A DNA stretch of 64,000 nucleotides from Marsupella aquatica. Taxonomy: Eukaryota; Plantae; Marchantiophyta. Below the pieces are notes generated by a model, which ran no database searches, was not told the origin of the DNA, and was given only the letters and a program-made list of their open reading frames with translations. A program made the position numbers and the translations under genes. Of the stretch, positions 23,417 through 36,915 are shown in pieces (the first letter of the stretch is position 1; the number at the start of each line of letters is the position of its first letter). The stretch spans positions 10,321,774 to 10,385,773 of the forward strand of contig OZ316894.1 in the NCBI GenBank assembly GCA_973895155.1, given 5' to 3'.

Positions 23417-26079
23417 CTGTAGAAAACATTTACGGTTGTTAATTTTCATGTCAGCCAGAACAGTGTTCCGTCGCTGGAAGATAGCAAAGAGAACTCAAGG
23501 AAAATTTTCTCTATTCTTTATTCCTTTAACAAAGAACATTACACTGAAGTCGCTGACTTCTCAATTTTCTAAAGTCCTAAACCTACCGACGACAAGGTTT
23601 CGCTCTTCCTGAGGTAAGTCTAACCACCTCGAGTTTTAACTATTTCAGTATGATATTTGTAATTCTAAAAATTCAAGGGTGTTTTCAATTCCTTGAAAAA
23701 CTCTATTATAATTTACAAAAGGATAAAATTTAATAGGAAAAGTTAATATTTTTACATTAACAATGGGATTTTTTTTGTGAACAAAAATATTAAGAAGGGG
23801 TACACGGGGGGTATCTGTTCTCAGGGGGGTTCACTTGATATAGTAAGAGTGAGGGCCCAGGGGATCAAACAAGGGAACCAGAAATGAGGGAAAAATGGAA
23901 ATGATAATTAGGGTTAATGAGAACCCTAATAAGGATTAGCGCCTAAGTGACTCCTTAAACAAGGCATTTAGTTATAGTGATTAGGGGTAAAGGTTTAGGT
24001 AACCCTTGAGTGGGTCATCACCATCAAACTTTGTTGCCCGCTTTTGTGTTTGAGGGTGAACTGAAAGTCAATTCCCTCGGACACTTTCCTGACACGTTTT
24101 TAGTTTACAAGACCGACAGCGGACGGGCAAGAGTTTTAGAGTTGTTTTTGTTATAACACCGTCCATTGGGAGACTGGCGGTCTTAAATAACTTACTTATT
24201 TAATATCTTAGTTGAATTGTGGTTTGTCAAAAAGAACTTAGTCAAATGAATGATAGTTTTAAATAACTCAAATCTTAGTGAAATTGCCAACTGTTAAATA
24301 AGGGTCATCCAATTCAGTTGAGACAATCATGGAAGGTCACATTTGAGCCACACTGACCACTTGTCACCATTATATTGTCCCAACACCCAACGCGTGGAGA
24401 GAATTGTAGTTGTTCTGGACATGTATGTAATGACTACTGTGGAGTGATTTTGTTCATCAAATGTCTTATATTACCAAGACAGTGATTAATGTTTCAGTTG
24501 TTTCCACTCTCTCAATCAGTATGACTTCACATAAGTTATTTAGGTCGTAGTCGTTTATGTCATTGACATTCATGATTCAAGTTATTAACAGCCATATATG
24601 TATGAATGGTTAATATCCGATAACATTAACAACAATATATGTATCAAATAATGGTAAGTTATCCAATAACATAAACTAAGTATTAATACATTCACAATCC
24701 ATAAAAGTATCATAATTTATTCATAATAGTACCAAACTAAACAACACTCAGCCTTGTGAGGGTGTTTATCCTGACTCCGTCACATGGATTTTGTACCGTA
24801 GCTACCCCTCACTGCCTCTCTTGCCATGAAAACAATACCAAGTTAAAAGAAGAAAGCAATTAACTCCGATAATACACAGTTGCGCCACTTTTTAGAGTGG
24901 TCGTCATTCAAATTTGCAGGGCACAAAAATTAAAAAATCTGACCAAAAGAAAGAATAAAACAAAATTGAATTATTTAGATTGAGTCAGTGTGAAATAAAG
25001 AGTGACACATTTTTCAAGCAAGAACTAAAGGGGAATTGGGAATGTCAAGGAATGACAATTTGATTTAGAGATTTCACTGAAGTCTGAATTTGGCAAGTTT
25101 TGAATTAGAGGTTAATAGACTCATGACCTTGACGCAACTATTCACCAAATGGAGAAGGGCAAAGCTAAAGCTTTCAGAAGATAGAAGTTGATAGCGTGAT
25201 AATCATAAGCAATTGTCAAAATCAAGATTTTTCGCCTCATGCAACCAAATTCTCAACCTAAGAAAGTCAATACAATTTGTGGCAAGTCCATTTGGAACCA
25301 GATCAAACCAGATCAAAGTCTGATCAAATGAATTGTATCAATTCATTGAATTCAAGTTCCAACCATAGCTGGCAGTTTGCCTGAATTGCAAAAGACTACA
25401 AATCTTAATCCATGTGCTAGTTACCCTTTAACAAGGAAGTTATCAACTGAAGTTAGTTATTAGTCATTGTTTATTATATGAAAAATATATACTTTTCAAA
25501 TTTCTTTTTACGGCATGGCGTCCCAAAATTTACACACAAATTAACGCAAACACTAATAAAAACTGTAACTTACTTTGATTCAAAAAATTGACCAGTCTTG
25601 TTTGTTGCGATTGTTGTTGACGTGGCATGCTCTGGTGCCAGGAATTTTGGAAGGGACCTCTCATGGGGTCCGTAATAAATGGGACACTAACGAAGGTCTT
25701 TTGCTAACTACAACGTCATCTTCTATTAAAGTGACTACACAATTAGTTGAATTTCCCATCAACCTTGGCCAACACATATTTGACTAGTAACTAACAAATT
25801 AATGAAGAATAGCTTTGTCACAGGCACCCATTTCTTCTCCAGCCTCCGCTCTCTTGGGCCCCCGTCGCCCTCGCCCTCTTTCCAAAACCCCTGGCTGCCT
25901 TCCTCTCGCCTAAGCATTCCGCCATAGTCCAACTGTGTCTGCCTTCAAGGTCACCGTAAGTGGTGAAAGACAAGGAATACAAAAGCTGGTTGAAGAGCTG
26001 TGGACAACACACTAGCAGGAAGTGCTTCAACCAATCCACTGCCAAACGGAACATAGTCACATTCTTTTAGTAATTAAAC

Positions 26080-26374
26080 CTCGGGGGTTTCACTTCCACA
26101 AAAATGGCATATCACGTGCGACGAAGGATAGGGTCATTTTATTGGTTCTAAGGGAAGACTTAAGAATTTTTGTAGAAGAACAATAGGGTCTTTTAAATTC
26201 AATTTTGATACTTATAAGAATATTAGGGTCTTTTTAATCCAATTTTTGGAATATTCCAAGAATATTCCAACTTTATAGGGGTTAAAAAATAAAAAAATTC
26301 TTACATTTTAGGGGGTCCGAGGCCTAAAAACGTCACAGGTGATGGGGAGGTCCCCATATAGTGAGACCCCCGAG
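26080..26374. mobile_element. MITE copy 2 (inverted relative to copy 1)
   Basis: Same TIRs; 8-bp TSD AATTAAAC at 26072-26079 and 26375-26382. Confidence 0.93.
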
Positions 26375-26537
26375 AATTAAACAGAAACTCACTCAGTGAA
26401 ACTTCATAATAAATCAAGTACAGACTCTGTTCACAATAAGGATCTTTCAAGAAAAGTCCCCACCACAAGGGGGTGGTAGAAAGCAGACAAGGCTTCAAGA
26501 AGATGGGAATGAAAAAAACTGCCTCTAAGCTCAATTC

Positions 26538-27204
26538 ATCCAAATTTTGGTACGTTATCCCCAATTCTGTGTTCTTTACTCTCTGCCTCTACCCTTTATT
26601 AGGTCACAACAGGTGTTCTCCCAAAGAGTCCTCCCTGTCCCCCGTATTGAGTACTTCTCCTTCGCTGTCCAGGTACTTTCTGAGAAAGTTGAAGAAGGTG
26701 AAGAAGTCTCATGCCTTGGACAGATCCTTGCCATCAATGAGGTTCAACTTCTTTACTTTCCAGCACCTTCCAATCACTCCAGTCATCGTCTCTCTCCGAA
26801 ATGATTTTCTCTGTTGTTTAATGTGTTACCCTTCTAGTTTTGAAGTTATCAAATGCTGAATAATGTGTACATACCAGATCTTTGAAAAGAAGCTCACCAC
26901 AATTAAGAACTTCGGTATCTGGGTGAGGTATGTTATCACAACATGTACAAGGAATATCGTGATACCACGTTGAATGGAGCTGTAGAGCAGATGTATGATG
27001 AGATGCCTTCTCGTCATAGAGTTTGGTTCCCTTGCATCCAGATCATCAAGACTCTGATAGTCCCTCTCTCTGTGCAAGCGAGAAAATACCAAGCATGTTC
27101 ATGATTCAAAGATAAAGTTCCCCTTGACGTACCGCAGGATTCGACCTCCATCGCGAAAGCTGAAGACGACTTACAGGGCCACCAAGCCCAACACATTTGT
27201 TTGA
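26538..27204 (+). pseudogene. RPL18A: 60S ribosomal protein L18a (eL20) pseudogene, 5'-truncated, two introns retained
   Basis: SKFW|YFLRKLKKVKKS..GQILAINE|[41 protein letters not shown]…[20 protein letters not shown]; GT-AG introns 26550-26672 and 26742-26877; several indels. Confidence 0.92.
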
Positions 27205-27397
27205 GTAGTGCGGGTGCAGGTTCCCAATTTTGAAACAATTTGGCTCATTTTATGTCCCGAGGGACTCCTGGAGTTTCTGTATTGAGTTTCTCAGTAGGTC
27301 AAGATGCTTAGTATAAGGAAATTCAATTTTCACTTCGTTCCCAACTTCTATTAATTGAATGTACAATTGCTGGAAGCAAGAAGAGAAGCCACAATCT

Positions 27398-27607
27398 ACC
27401 ATCCGTGTTTTACTGTCTTGCAATCATGGTGGCATTGTATGATCTTGAGTTAGATCAAATGGATGTAATTACTGCTTTCCTGAATGGATTGCTTGACGTG
27501 GAGATTTATATGACTTAGCCTCCAGGTTTTATTGACGACCAAGCCAGACACTTGGTGTGTCAGCTCTTGCGCTTCTTATACAATTCGAAGCAGAGTCCCT
27601 GACAATG
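27398..27607 (+). pseudogene. Ty1/Copia reverse transcriptase fragment
   Basis: LYDLELDQMDVITAFLNGLLDVEIYMT*PPGF…VCQL…LY..KQSP; a further DDMLILVENKSDVAHLK scrap at ~37840-37900. Confidence 0.85.
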
Positions 27608-28566
27608 CGTCACACCATTTAGAGTGGTAGTAAAGTATATCGTATAGAGGTTTTATAAGTATGCTATATGAGCACTTTGTGTTGAGTTTGAGTTGGTGTG
27701 GGGGATAGTTTTCCCTTGTGTTGGCTCAAAGGCCTCATCTTTCAATGTTGAGCCTTTGAGCATGAGCTTGGTGGCTATGGTCACTACAACACTATCGGCC
27801 GGTTTTGCGAAGACAATCTCATCGCAACTAACAAGCCCCTGATTTTCATAATTCTGGCTATTGCGAACATACGCGCATCGCACCCCCTTCGCACTTTGCG
27901 AACCTAATAACTTTGCACGCGGACCATCGCAACGGCATCACAACATCATGGCAAACTGAGAAGCTGAGAGGTTTGCAATATTCAATACTTCTGCGATCCA
28001 TTATACGTCGCATAAGGTTCGCAAACATACACGCACACGTCCCGCGCGGGCGTCAATATTTGAGACGGATTTACCATCGCATCATATTTGCGATTGATAC
28101 TGGTTCAATTGTTTTGATGGGGATTGTATGACAAAGAGCGATACCGGTGATTTCAGAAGTTTGTGAACGGTTGCGATTAGGAAAGTGCGATCCTAGAAGT
28201 ATCACAAAAACCCAACATATTTGGATCTGAAGTTCTGAAGTTAATTGACTCAAAAAGTGCAACACCTTGGGGTTAATATTGTGCGATGGGAATGAGTTTT
28301 TAAAGGGTTCGCAAAATTATGATCACACAAGATTCAATACATTATTTGCGAGGGGTTTTCCTTGGAACCCAATGTGGAAGGCAAAATTGTTGTTTTATAA
28401 AATGGAAAAGCATGAACAATATGATAGGGCTTCAAAGAACCCTATACATGGACAAGAGGGGGGAAATATCTGATGCTAGGTCCACCCTTCTAAACCTATG
28501 CTGCCTCTTCCTACCCTAAGCTCCGGCATGACAAGTCACTCTCATGCATGTATCTCTACAAAATAA

Positions 28567-30613
28567 CTAGAATGGGCTCTTGCGGCTCCTCTTGGTTGGC
28601 TTCTTGGCTGGCTTCTTGCCCTTATCCTTCCGGGGATCCTGTTGGTGACGGGTGCGTGATGGCCGTCGGCGCTCCTGCTCCTGCTCCTGCTGCTCCTCTG
28701 GCTCCTCCTGCCCCTCCTGCTCCTCCTCCTCATCCTCAGGGTCCTCCTCCTCCCCCTGGTCATCAACGTGTGCTGATGACACACGACTACCACCACTACC
28801 ACGGTGGGAAGAACCTACCTCACGACTACTCCCCCCCCCGAGCACCACTAGTACCAGGAGTAGCCCCCTCATCGTCATCACTACTGGTCACATCAGCACC
28901 CGACTCCTCAGGCTCATCCGAATCCTGCATCCATTACATATCATTAGTTTCCGCAAGACATAAAGGGTCACTCACAATGTTCGTATGCTAATCATATGGT
29001 TCACACTTAGACACTTACAGTAGCCAACTCGGCATCTACCATCGCAAAGAGGTACTTTCGTCCATGCTCTATCGCCACCTCAATATGCTTTTTTGATATC
29101 TTCCTTTTGTACCTCCGATACTGCCATGCATAAAACCAATTAAAATTGGTTAAATTTGCCCTTAAGCATACCCTATAGCCACAAGTGACGCCTAAATCCT
29201 CAACTACTAAACATGACCCAAAAAAATTTAAAATTCAAATTTGCGAACCTATAAGCATAGCAACTTGCGAACCACCTTTTTTTGCGAAGGCGTTGTGATG
29301 GAGTTTGCGATGCGCATTTGTTCGCAAAGGCATCGGAAAATTGAAATGGAAAAAGTCTATGATAGACTTTGCGAGGGGTTTGCGAACAAATACGCATCAC
29401 AACACCTTCGCAAACTGTGTTCCCGAGAGTTTTTAAAAATTTGCCAGAAATTCTAAGTGTCAGAGTTGCCCTAAACTAGTAACCAAGCAAGCATGCACAA
29501 CAGCAAGAACCTTCGGGGATGTCATTCACTTGCATTGCACAACTCTGAAAGGAATAGAGAGGTTAGGGAGGAGCAAGAGGCACTCACAAAGTGTGACTTG
29601 AGGCCGGGGAGCCCGCCTTGACCCAACTTGTGGACTGGATTGGGGGTGGATTTCACTCGTTTGGCTGCATCTGTGAAACGCTTGGGTGGCTTTCCCTCCT
29701 GGTCGGCCACCTTCTGAATCTCAGCTACCTTCTGCTCAAGTGGCTTCAGGTCGTGGTCAGGGGGGAGCTTCCCGGCCTCCTTTGCTTTCAAGGCTCGATC
29801 TAGATTTCCCTTCCACTCTTCCAACTCGTGAGCTGCCTTAATTTGCACCTCAATCTTGTAAAACGAATTCCAGATGTCCTCGGTGAAGTGGAGGGGTCTG
29901 CGCAAGTTCCTGTATGATCTCAAGTCTTTCAGGTGGGCTCTAATCTTCATCCTGTCATGGTATCGCATTTGAGACATAGAATTTGAAATCTTATCTGCCA
30001 ACCATTGCTCATCTATGTCAGGCCCATTGCGAAATGCATCCTTGATTTGGTTGATGACCCTCTTTCGCTCTGCCTTCTCAATCTTCCCCCACTGCATGCC
30101 TCGTGAGAAATTGCTTGTGATAATCTGCTTGATTGTGCTCTTAGCCCCTGCATATGCTAGCTCAGTTGGAGTCCCACTCGTCTCCAAGGCAATGAATGGA
30201 AGTTTTTTTCTTGCTTCCTCTTTCTGACGTTGCTCCTCCCTCTGTTTTCGAATTGAATCTCTCTCCTCTCTTCTCTTCTGCTTCTCTAGGGCTTGAGGAG
30301 AGGCAACTCCCGACTTAGTTCTTTCCTCTCTCTTCCTTTTTTTCTCTCTAGCCTTCTCTTCAGCTGCGGCCCTCTCCTCCCCCTCTCTAGTAGCTTGTCC
30401 TGCTACAATCCCAGTTTGCAAAACCTGTCCAAGAATGGCACTCAAAGAGGCAAGCCCTGCTGGAGAATTGAGATTCACTTCTCCCAATTGTGCAGCACTG
30501 AGATGTTGGGCCACTAAGTCTGCCCAGGCATTCTTCTCTTTCTCTGGATTTCCCCCATTGCCACTACCACTACCACTACCACCTTGCCCTCCACTCCCCT
30601 CACCGGTAGCCAT
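28567..30613 (-). CDS. CACTA ORF2 (TnpA/Ptta-like regulatory protein), spliced
   Basis: Main exon 30613-~29590 ends PVHKLGQGGLPGLKSHF|GTGAG; further exon-like segments at ~29020-29120 and ~28930-28567. Confidence 0.65.
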
Positions 30614-31079
30614 AGCTCCCCTCTCTCACAGTCTCCCTCGTACTGTTGCGCGCGCCCCGGCCCTTCTCGTCTCGCTCAAAAACTGAAATGAGCCCGAATG
30701 CGAGCTCCCGCCGATGTTTACGCCATTCAAAAACGAGTTTGCGATGACATACGCATGGGAAACTGCGAAGCCCGCGCCCTCGCAAATAGTCTCGCAACTT
30801 GCGAGGCACTTTCGAATCTATTCCCTTCGCAAAGCCATCGCAACCCGCAGAAGACCCAAAAAATTGTTCTCGGCCTCTGTTTTTGCGAAGCAAGTGCGAA
30901 GGTCGTAGGTTCGCAAAAATATTCTCTAACTTGTGAAATAATTTGCGAGGCAGGTCTTATCGGTTTAGGGTTGGAAAACACTTTGGGGTGTCAAACGGCT
31001 ATTAAGGTTTGTCAAACGACATTTAAGGTATGTTAAGTGCCCATAAGTTAACATGGAAGGGGTGTCAATGGATGTTTGG

Positions 31080-31900
31080 GTTGTAAGGATAACTAGAATA
31101 TAAGTTAACAAAGGTTTGGGTTTAATTAAAGGTTAGGTTTATATTTGGTTTTAATCTAGGAGTATTTGGTTTAATTAAGGGGGTTAAAACTTGGGTTAGG
31201 TTGGAATAAAAGGGTTGGGTTTAAATTAATGGGTTTGGCTTAGGGTTCAAGGTAGAGGTTTGCATGAGGTTGTGAGTAATTACAGGGGTTGGGTTTGGTT
31301 TTAGTTGAGGGGTTGAATTGTGGTTGTTTTTTAAAGGGATTGGGTTTGGTTTTTAGTTGGGGGGTTTAATTGTGGTTTTTTTAAAGGGGTTGGGTTTCTA
31401 ATGTAAGTGTTTGGGTTGGGGTGTAACATGATATAGGGTTGGATTTGGTTCTAATTGAGGGGGTACAATTTTTGCTTAAGTTTTAAAAAAGGGCCTCAAT
31501 TTAGGGGTTAGGGTGAAGTTTAGAATAACTATAGGGGTGGGGGTTGGCCTATATAGGTAAAGTAAGGTGTAGATAGGGTAAGAGTTTTATATGTAATTGG
31601 GGGATTTGGGTTGGGTTTAGGGTAAAGGTTTGAAATTTTAATGAGGGATTTGGGTATTGGTTAGGATAAGGGTAAGGGTTTAGGGTGCTTGAGGGATTTG
31701 GGTTAGGTTTTAATGAAGGGTTTCATTTCATGGTTTGGGTTTAGGGTAGGGGTTTGGGTTTAGGGTAAAGGTTTGAATTTTTAATGAGGGATTTGGGTAT
31801 TGGTTAGGATAAGGGTAAGGGTTTAGGGTGATTGAGGGATTTGGGTTAGGTTTTAATGAAGGGTTTCATTTCATGGGTTGGGTTTAGGGTAGGGTTTGGG
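31080..31900 (+). repeat. Degenerate telomere-like (TTTAGGG/TTTGGG) tract
   Basis: G/T-skewed GGGTTTAGGGT variants with an internal direct duplication (~31610-31750 vs ~31755-31895). Confidence 0.8.
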
Positions 31901-32334
31901 TTACTTATATTTCTTTGTCTATCTCATTAACATGGAGAGGAAAACTCTTTGGCGTTGTAGGGCACTTCCCCATGTTTTTTAAAGTTTTGGCTAATGCATG
32001 ATAATGCCTTGCGAGAGCCCGGGCATCTGAAAGGTATAACATTTTCTCATGCATTTCTAGTCATTGCTGTAAATATGGAGGGTTACAATCTATCATCCTT
32101 TTTTTCTGGTTCACCATAAGGCATGGCTTAATTCATTGTATATTGGCAGATTTTCCCCTCCTTCCAGATTTGGTTCATGAAATTTGAGCCACAAGATCCG
32201 TCAAGGCATTGCTAAGCCCGGGTCTCATAAAGGTATTTTTCTGTCAATTCTTTTTAATATGTTTAGGTAGGGATTATCAATGATGGTTTTGGTGAAGTTT
32301 TTACTAATCGCCTTCCAATTGCTATACTTGTCAG

Positions 32335-33496
32335 ATGTCTTCATCCTCTACAACTTCCACCACATCAGATTCCTCTTCCAATGAAGAAAGTCATCCTCCT
32401 CCTCAACCTGAACCAACCGTACGTTGACCTAGTGGTCCACCACGCCAACTTTGTGGTTGTAAAAAATGTGTGGGGATGGTTGTCCAAAAGTCATATGTAT
32501 GTGCGGAGCACATTGCTCGATATGGCCAACATCGAGGTCTTACACCGGGAGCTTCTTCATCCCGTATGGTGAGTTGTAAACTTACTGTGATTTCCATTTT
32601 ATTTTGTAAATCTTGCTAGGTAGCATAAAATAAAATTTGGGAGGTTCATCACACTCACTTGGTTCCATTTCTTCCTATAGGTATCCAGTAGGCCTACACC
32701 CACTACACCAACACCCTATGTTCCCTCACAAGGAGTTCTAGATGCTATAGGCTCGGCACTTTCACAAGCTTTTCGTTTAGTGGCAGCAGGGCAAGGTAGT
32801 GTTGGGACAATTAAGGGTGACGGTATTGTTACAAGAGGGAAAAAAAAGTCAAAAAGACAGCCTAGAGGGGAAGTGGATCAGTACACTTGTAGGGTTGATG
32901 GTAGATGGGGCCCTTGTACCTTCACAGGGAAGTGTGTTCCTATCATAAAGGATTGGAATCCGGAGTGCCTTGGTTTGCCATGTGATATAACCTATGGTGA
33001 GGAGATAGAAGTTTGGGGAAGACGTTGGGTTGTCAAGAGTTTGACCCTAGGGGAGAGGCATGGGTATGGGATTTTCTCTTGTCAGGACATTATTGTGGAT
33101 GATATGGGTGGAAAAGGGCGCTCTTCAGATGGACCAACGTTGTTCCCGTAGGGTGGACCCATTTACAAGAGGAGACATTGGAACATGATCCTTGTTCAAC
33201 ACCCTGAGTGGAAGACTTATGCATTGGACATGGATACTTTTGATGGTTGCACCAGAAAGTATTGTGACCAGCGTATAATTGATGGTGATCCCATCCGTAG
33301 TGAGAATATTGCCGGTTTCATCAACAGTACTGTGGGGACCCGGCCTAAGCGTAGGAAAAACTGTGAATGGGTTTTTGTTGATGGTCCCCCTCCAGCCCCT
33401 TATGGGCAGAGATATCATCATGACCATTGTCTAGTTGTAGCTAATAGGACCATTCTGGTTGGAGAGGAGTTGTTTACACATTATGAATGGGATTAG
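32335..33496 (+). pseudogene. Transposase-associated Zn-binding exon spliced to a SET-domain exon
   Basis: Exon 32335-32568 (CGCKKC…C..H…YG); exon 32681-33496 with GYGIFSCQDI, YALD, IIDG, NIAGFINS, NCEW, VVANRTILVGEELFTHY; stops at ~32425 and ~33149. Confidence 0.82.
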
Positions 33497-33646
33497 GATT
33501 ACTTTAGGGACATGTATTATACGTTCATCGTATGTGAACGTATGTTTTGTAATGACATGTTCTTTTTATATTGTTAATAATATGTTTTGAGCACTACTAT
33601 ATTTGGCGTTAATTTCATTGTGAATACTTTATTGTATTTTCTATAG

Positions 33647-36600
33647 AATGTGCGGCCTAGTCAAGATATGTTACCAAGGAGGTTGAGAGCTACATATCAA
33701 GAAATGGGCTTGCCACAAGACGGGGAAACATCATCAGCAGATTCCTCATCAAGTGACAATGATAATGACAGTCCAGATGAAGGGGCACCTCGGACAGATT
33801 ATGAGGTCATGCAAGACCAAGAGTCAGCCATGGATGACTTCATGACAGATTGGTTTGGTGTAGACATTGGTGGTGAAGGAGGTGTCCCACCCAATGAAGG
33901 AGACCCTCCACCAAATGTTGCACATGATCCAAGGCCTCAACGTACACCTGAAGGACAAAAACAATGGGAAGAAGCTGAGGCACATGCTAGAACACCTATT
34001 TATGGGGGTGCTCGTTTGAATAGACTATCTGCCATCTTGGCATTGATGAATCTTTAGGCAAAACACAAGGCAAGCAATGCGCTACTATTGGATTTGTTTG
34101 CAATTTGCCATGATCTCTTGTTACCTAGTGAAAATGTGTTGTCAGGAACTTGGAAGGAGGCAAAGAGGGTTCTATCATCCATTGGCATGGAATACCATAT
34201 CATTCATGCTTGTGTGAATGATTGCATTCTCTATCATGAGACCAATGCCAGCGCAACTGAGTGTCCAATTTGTCAAGAGCCTCGATATGAAACCAACATG
34301 TTGACCTCAAAGGTGCCTAGAAAAGATGTTCGTTGGTTTCCTATTATTCCTCGATTGTTGCACATGTACCGATGTTCTGACTTGGCAGAATTGATGGTAT
34401 GGCATAAGACACATCGATCAGAGGCCGGTGTCATGCGGTTGCCAGTTGATTCCCCTGCTCACAAGCATGTGGAGTCACAATGGCCAGAATTTGCACGTGA
34501 CCCTCGTCATGTGAGGTTGGGGTTGGCATCAGATGGGGTAAGCCCACACTCCCTTGGAGGGAAAGGGCGCCCTACTTCGGTTTGGCCGGTGGTTGTTATG
34601 AATTACAACCTTCCCCCATGGTTGTCCATGAAAAAGGGATTCTTATTGCTATCATTGATTATCCCAGGTCCATCTAAGGTAAAAAACATGGACACCTACT
34701 TGGCGCTCTTGGTTGGGGAACTCCATAAATTATGGGGGGGTGTATGGGCATATGATGGTCGGACAACTACAGGAGGGTTACCACGTGTCTTCCAATTGAA
34801 GGGAATCATTATGTGGACCATGCATGACTATCCAGGTGAGTGGTATGGATTTGTATTTTTTTCATGTATTGGAGATCAAGTTTGTTTGGAAGGAAGTCCC
34901 TCTTTAATTCTATGTACATGAACTTTTCAATTCCTTTGACTCTAATTGAGAATGTTATTTTGTGAGCAGGGTTTGGGTTTGTTTCTGGGTTCCAAACTCA
35001 AGGGTACAAGGCATGCTCCACTTGTGGTCCAAGCCTTCACGATATGGCCAAGTACTCAAAATGGCTGCACAAGATAATCTACCTTGGTCATACCAAGTTT
35101 CTTCCACTTGGGCATCACATGAGGTCTGACCCCCTTTTGTTTTCAAACTTTGACATGATCAATGGTGATGAGCGTGAGATACCTGACCGCACAACATTTT
35201 CGTATTGGAAGTCCATAGTTGATAGGGTGGCAGACCCTGAAGATGCCATGGGATTTGATGGTAGTGGATTGACAAGGTGGGGTATACTGGCCACTTTGCC
35301 CTATTGGCCTGAGTTGAAGATTCATCACTTGTTAGACCCCATGCATATAGAGGGAAATGTTGGGAAGGCTTTGATCAAGCACTTTTATGGGGAAAAGAAC
35401 ATTAATTTTAGGGAGGCATGCCAGGATCTAGAACGACATCCAGATGTATGGATAACAGTTGATGAATCCACAGGGATGGAACATCGTCCTTCAGCTCCAT
35501 GGGTTTTGAGTGTTGGTGAAAGAAGAGAGTTTCGACAACGCATAGGGCAGATGCGGTTTCCTACAGGCTATGGTGCCAATCTACGTAAGGCTTTTGGGAT
35601 GGAGGATAGTCATAAATGGCCAATGTATCTCAAGACACATGACTATCATCGTTTACTACAACATATACTTCCTGTGGCAATCATAGGTTTGGGGAGTGAA
35701 GAAGTGCAAGATGCCCTTTGGTCACTGGGCACTTTGTTGAGATGGATATGCTCAAAGGAAATATATGAAGAAGAGATACCACGGATGGAGGTATTGGCAG
35801 CAGAGGTGGTATGCAAGTTGGAGAAGGCCCTCCCTCCTTCCTTCTTTGATTGTCAGGTGCATCTTCTCGTTCATCTTGTGAGGGAGGTTGCCATTGCCGG
35901 TCCGGTGCATTGTAGGTGGATGTATTGGCTGGAAAGGAATATGGCCGTGTTAAAGGCTTATGTACGGAACCGTGCACGAGTGGAGGGGAGCATGGCAACT
36001 GGATACTTGGCATCTGAGAGTATGTTTTATTGTAGTAACATCTTAGCTACCATTGATCCTAGTTTTCCACGCATTTGGATGGAAGAGAGGGAAGTGGAGG
36101 AGGACCGTTTAACAGGTGCAAAAAAAACACGCTTACTAACCGCAGTGGAGTTGACACAGGTTAGTACTTTCATGTTGAGTAACAGCAATGTGATGGAAGA
36201 TTGGAGAGAGTTTTATGAGGATGCAAAGAGGGAGAGTCGTCGCCCAAGGATCTTTCCAAAGTTCCTTGAGTATATGAAGGAGAAAGTACTTCAGTTGGAT
36301 GCTATGGTGGCCCAAGGTGAGAATGTATCACATTTTCCAGATATGACTCCTGAGGTTCGAACAATTGTTCATGGTCCTTTAAGACTTGTTCAAACCAGAA
36401 CAGCAATGTGGACACAAGGGAGGCATTTCAGGATTTCTGACCTTGATGAGAAGAGGGGAAGAACTTTTGATTGTGGAGTTCAAGGGCAGTTCATGCAAGA
36501 TTCACAAAGTAGCCGTCATGACACTAATGTGATCAGAGATGTGGTGCCTCACTATGGGAAGATTGAGGAGATCTTGATCATATCCTATGATGCCGATTCC

Positions 36601-36915
36601 AAATTTGAAGAGTATGTCTTCAAGTGTAAGTGGTTCAAAATTCACCTGGTTGGTGATAATCGCACGGTACTTCTTGATGAGTGTGGGTTTACTCGACTGA
36701 AGACATCAGCAACTAGCTTTCAACCATCTCATTGGCAAACATCTGAACCATTTACATTCCCAAGTCACCTTGAGCAGTGTTTCTATATTCCGTACCCACC
36801 AGACCTAGAGTGGTCAGTTGTTATACCGTATGTGCCACGGTCCCGTTCCATTATCTCGGAAAAACCTGACGTTATTATTATGTCAAATGGAGGCGAGGAT
36901 GAGGACCAGGTTTGA
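33647..36915 (+). pseudogene. CACTA TnpD-type transposase (Transposase_21, DUF4218 and DUF4216-like regions)
   Basis: IHACVNDCIL, RHVRLGLASDG, YNLPPW, HDYPG, LDPMHIEGN, KTHDYH, VHLLVHL, RWMYWLER, HYGKIEEI, FKCKWF; intron 34836-34969; one premature TAG at 34055-34057. Confidence 0.93.

Noticed and set aside
17155-23449. Bacterial plasmid or prophage contamination suggested by ParB/MTase motifs
   Set aside because: The genes have GT-AG introns and are nested with plant CACTA, LTR and Helitron elements bearing clean TSDs.
23820-23838. CTCAGGGGGGTTCACTTG, similar to the MITE TIR or a possible end of element B
   Set aside because: No partner terminus or TSD was found in the window.
26538-27204. 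Functional RPL18a gene or a processed retrocopy
   Set aside because: It is 5'-truncated with indels, so not functional, and it retains introns, so it is not a retrocopy.
31080-31900. True telomere or chromosome-fusion scar
   Set aside because: Highly degenerate, single orientation, and enclosed within a TSD-bounded CACTA element.
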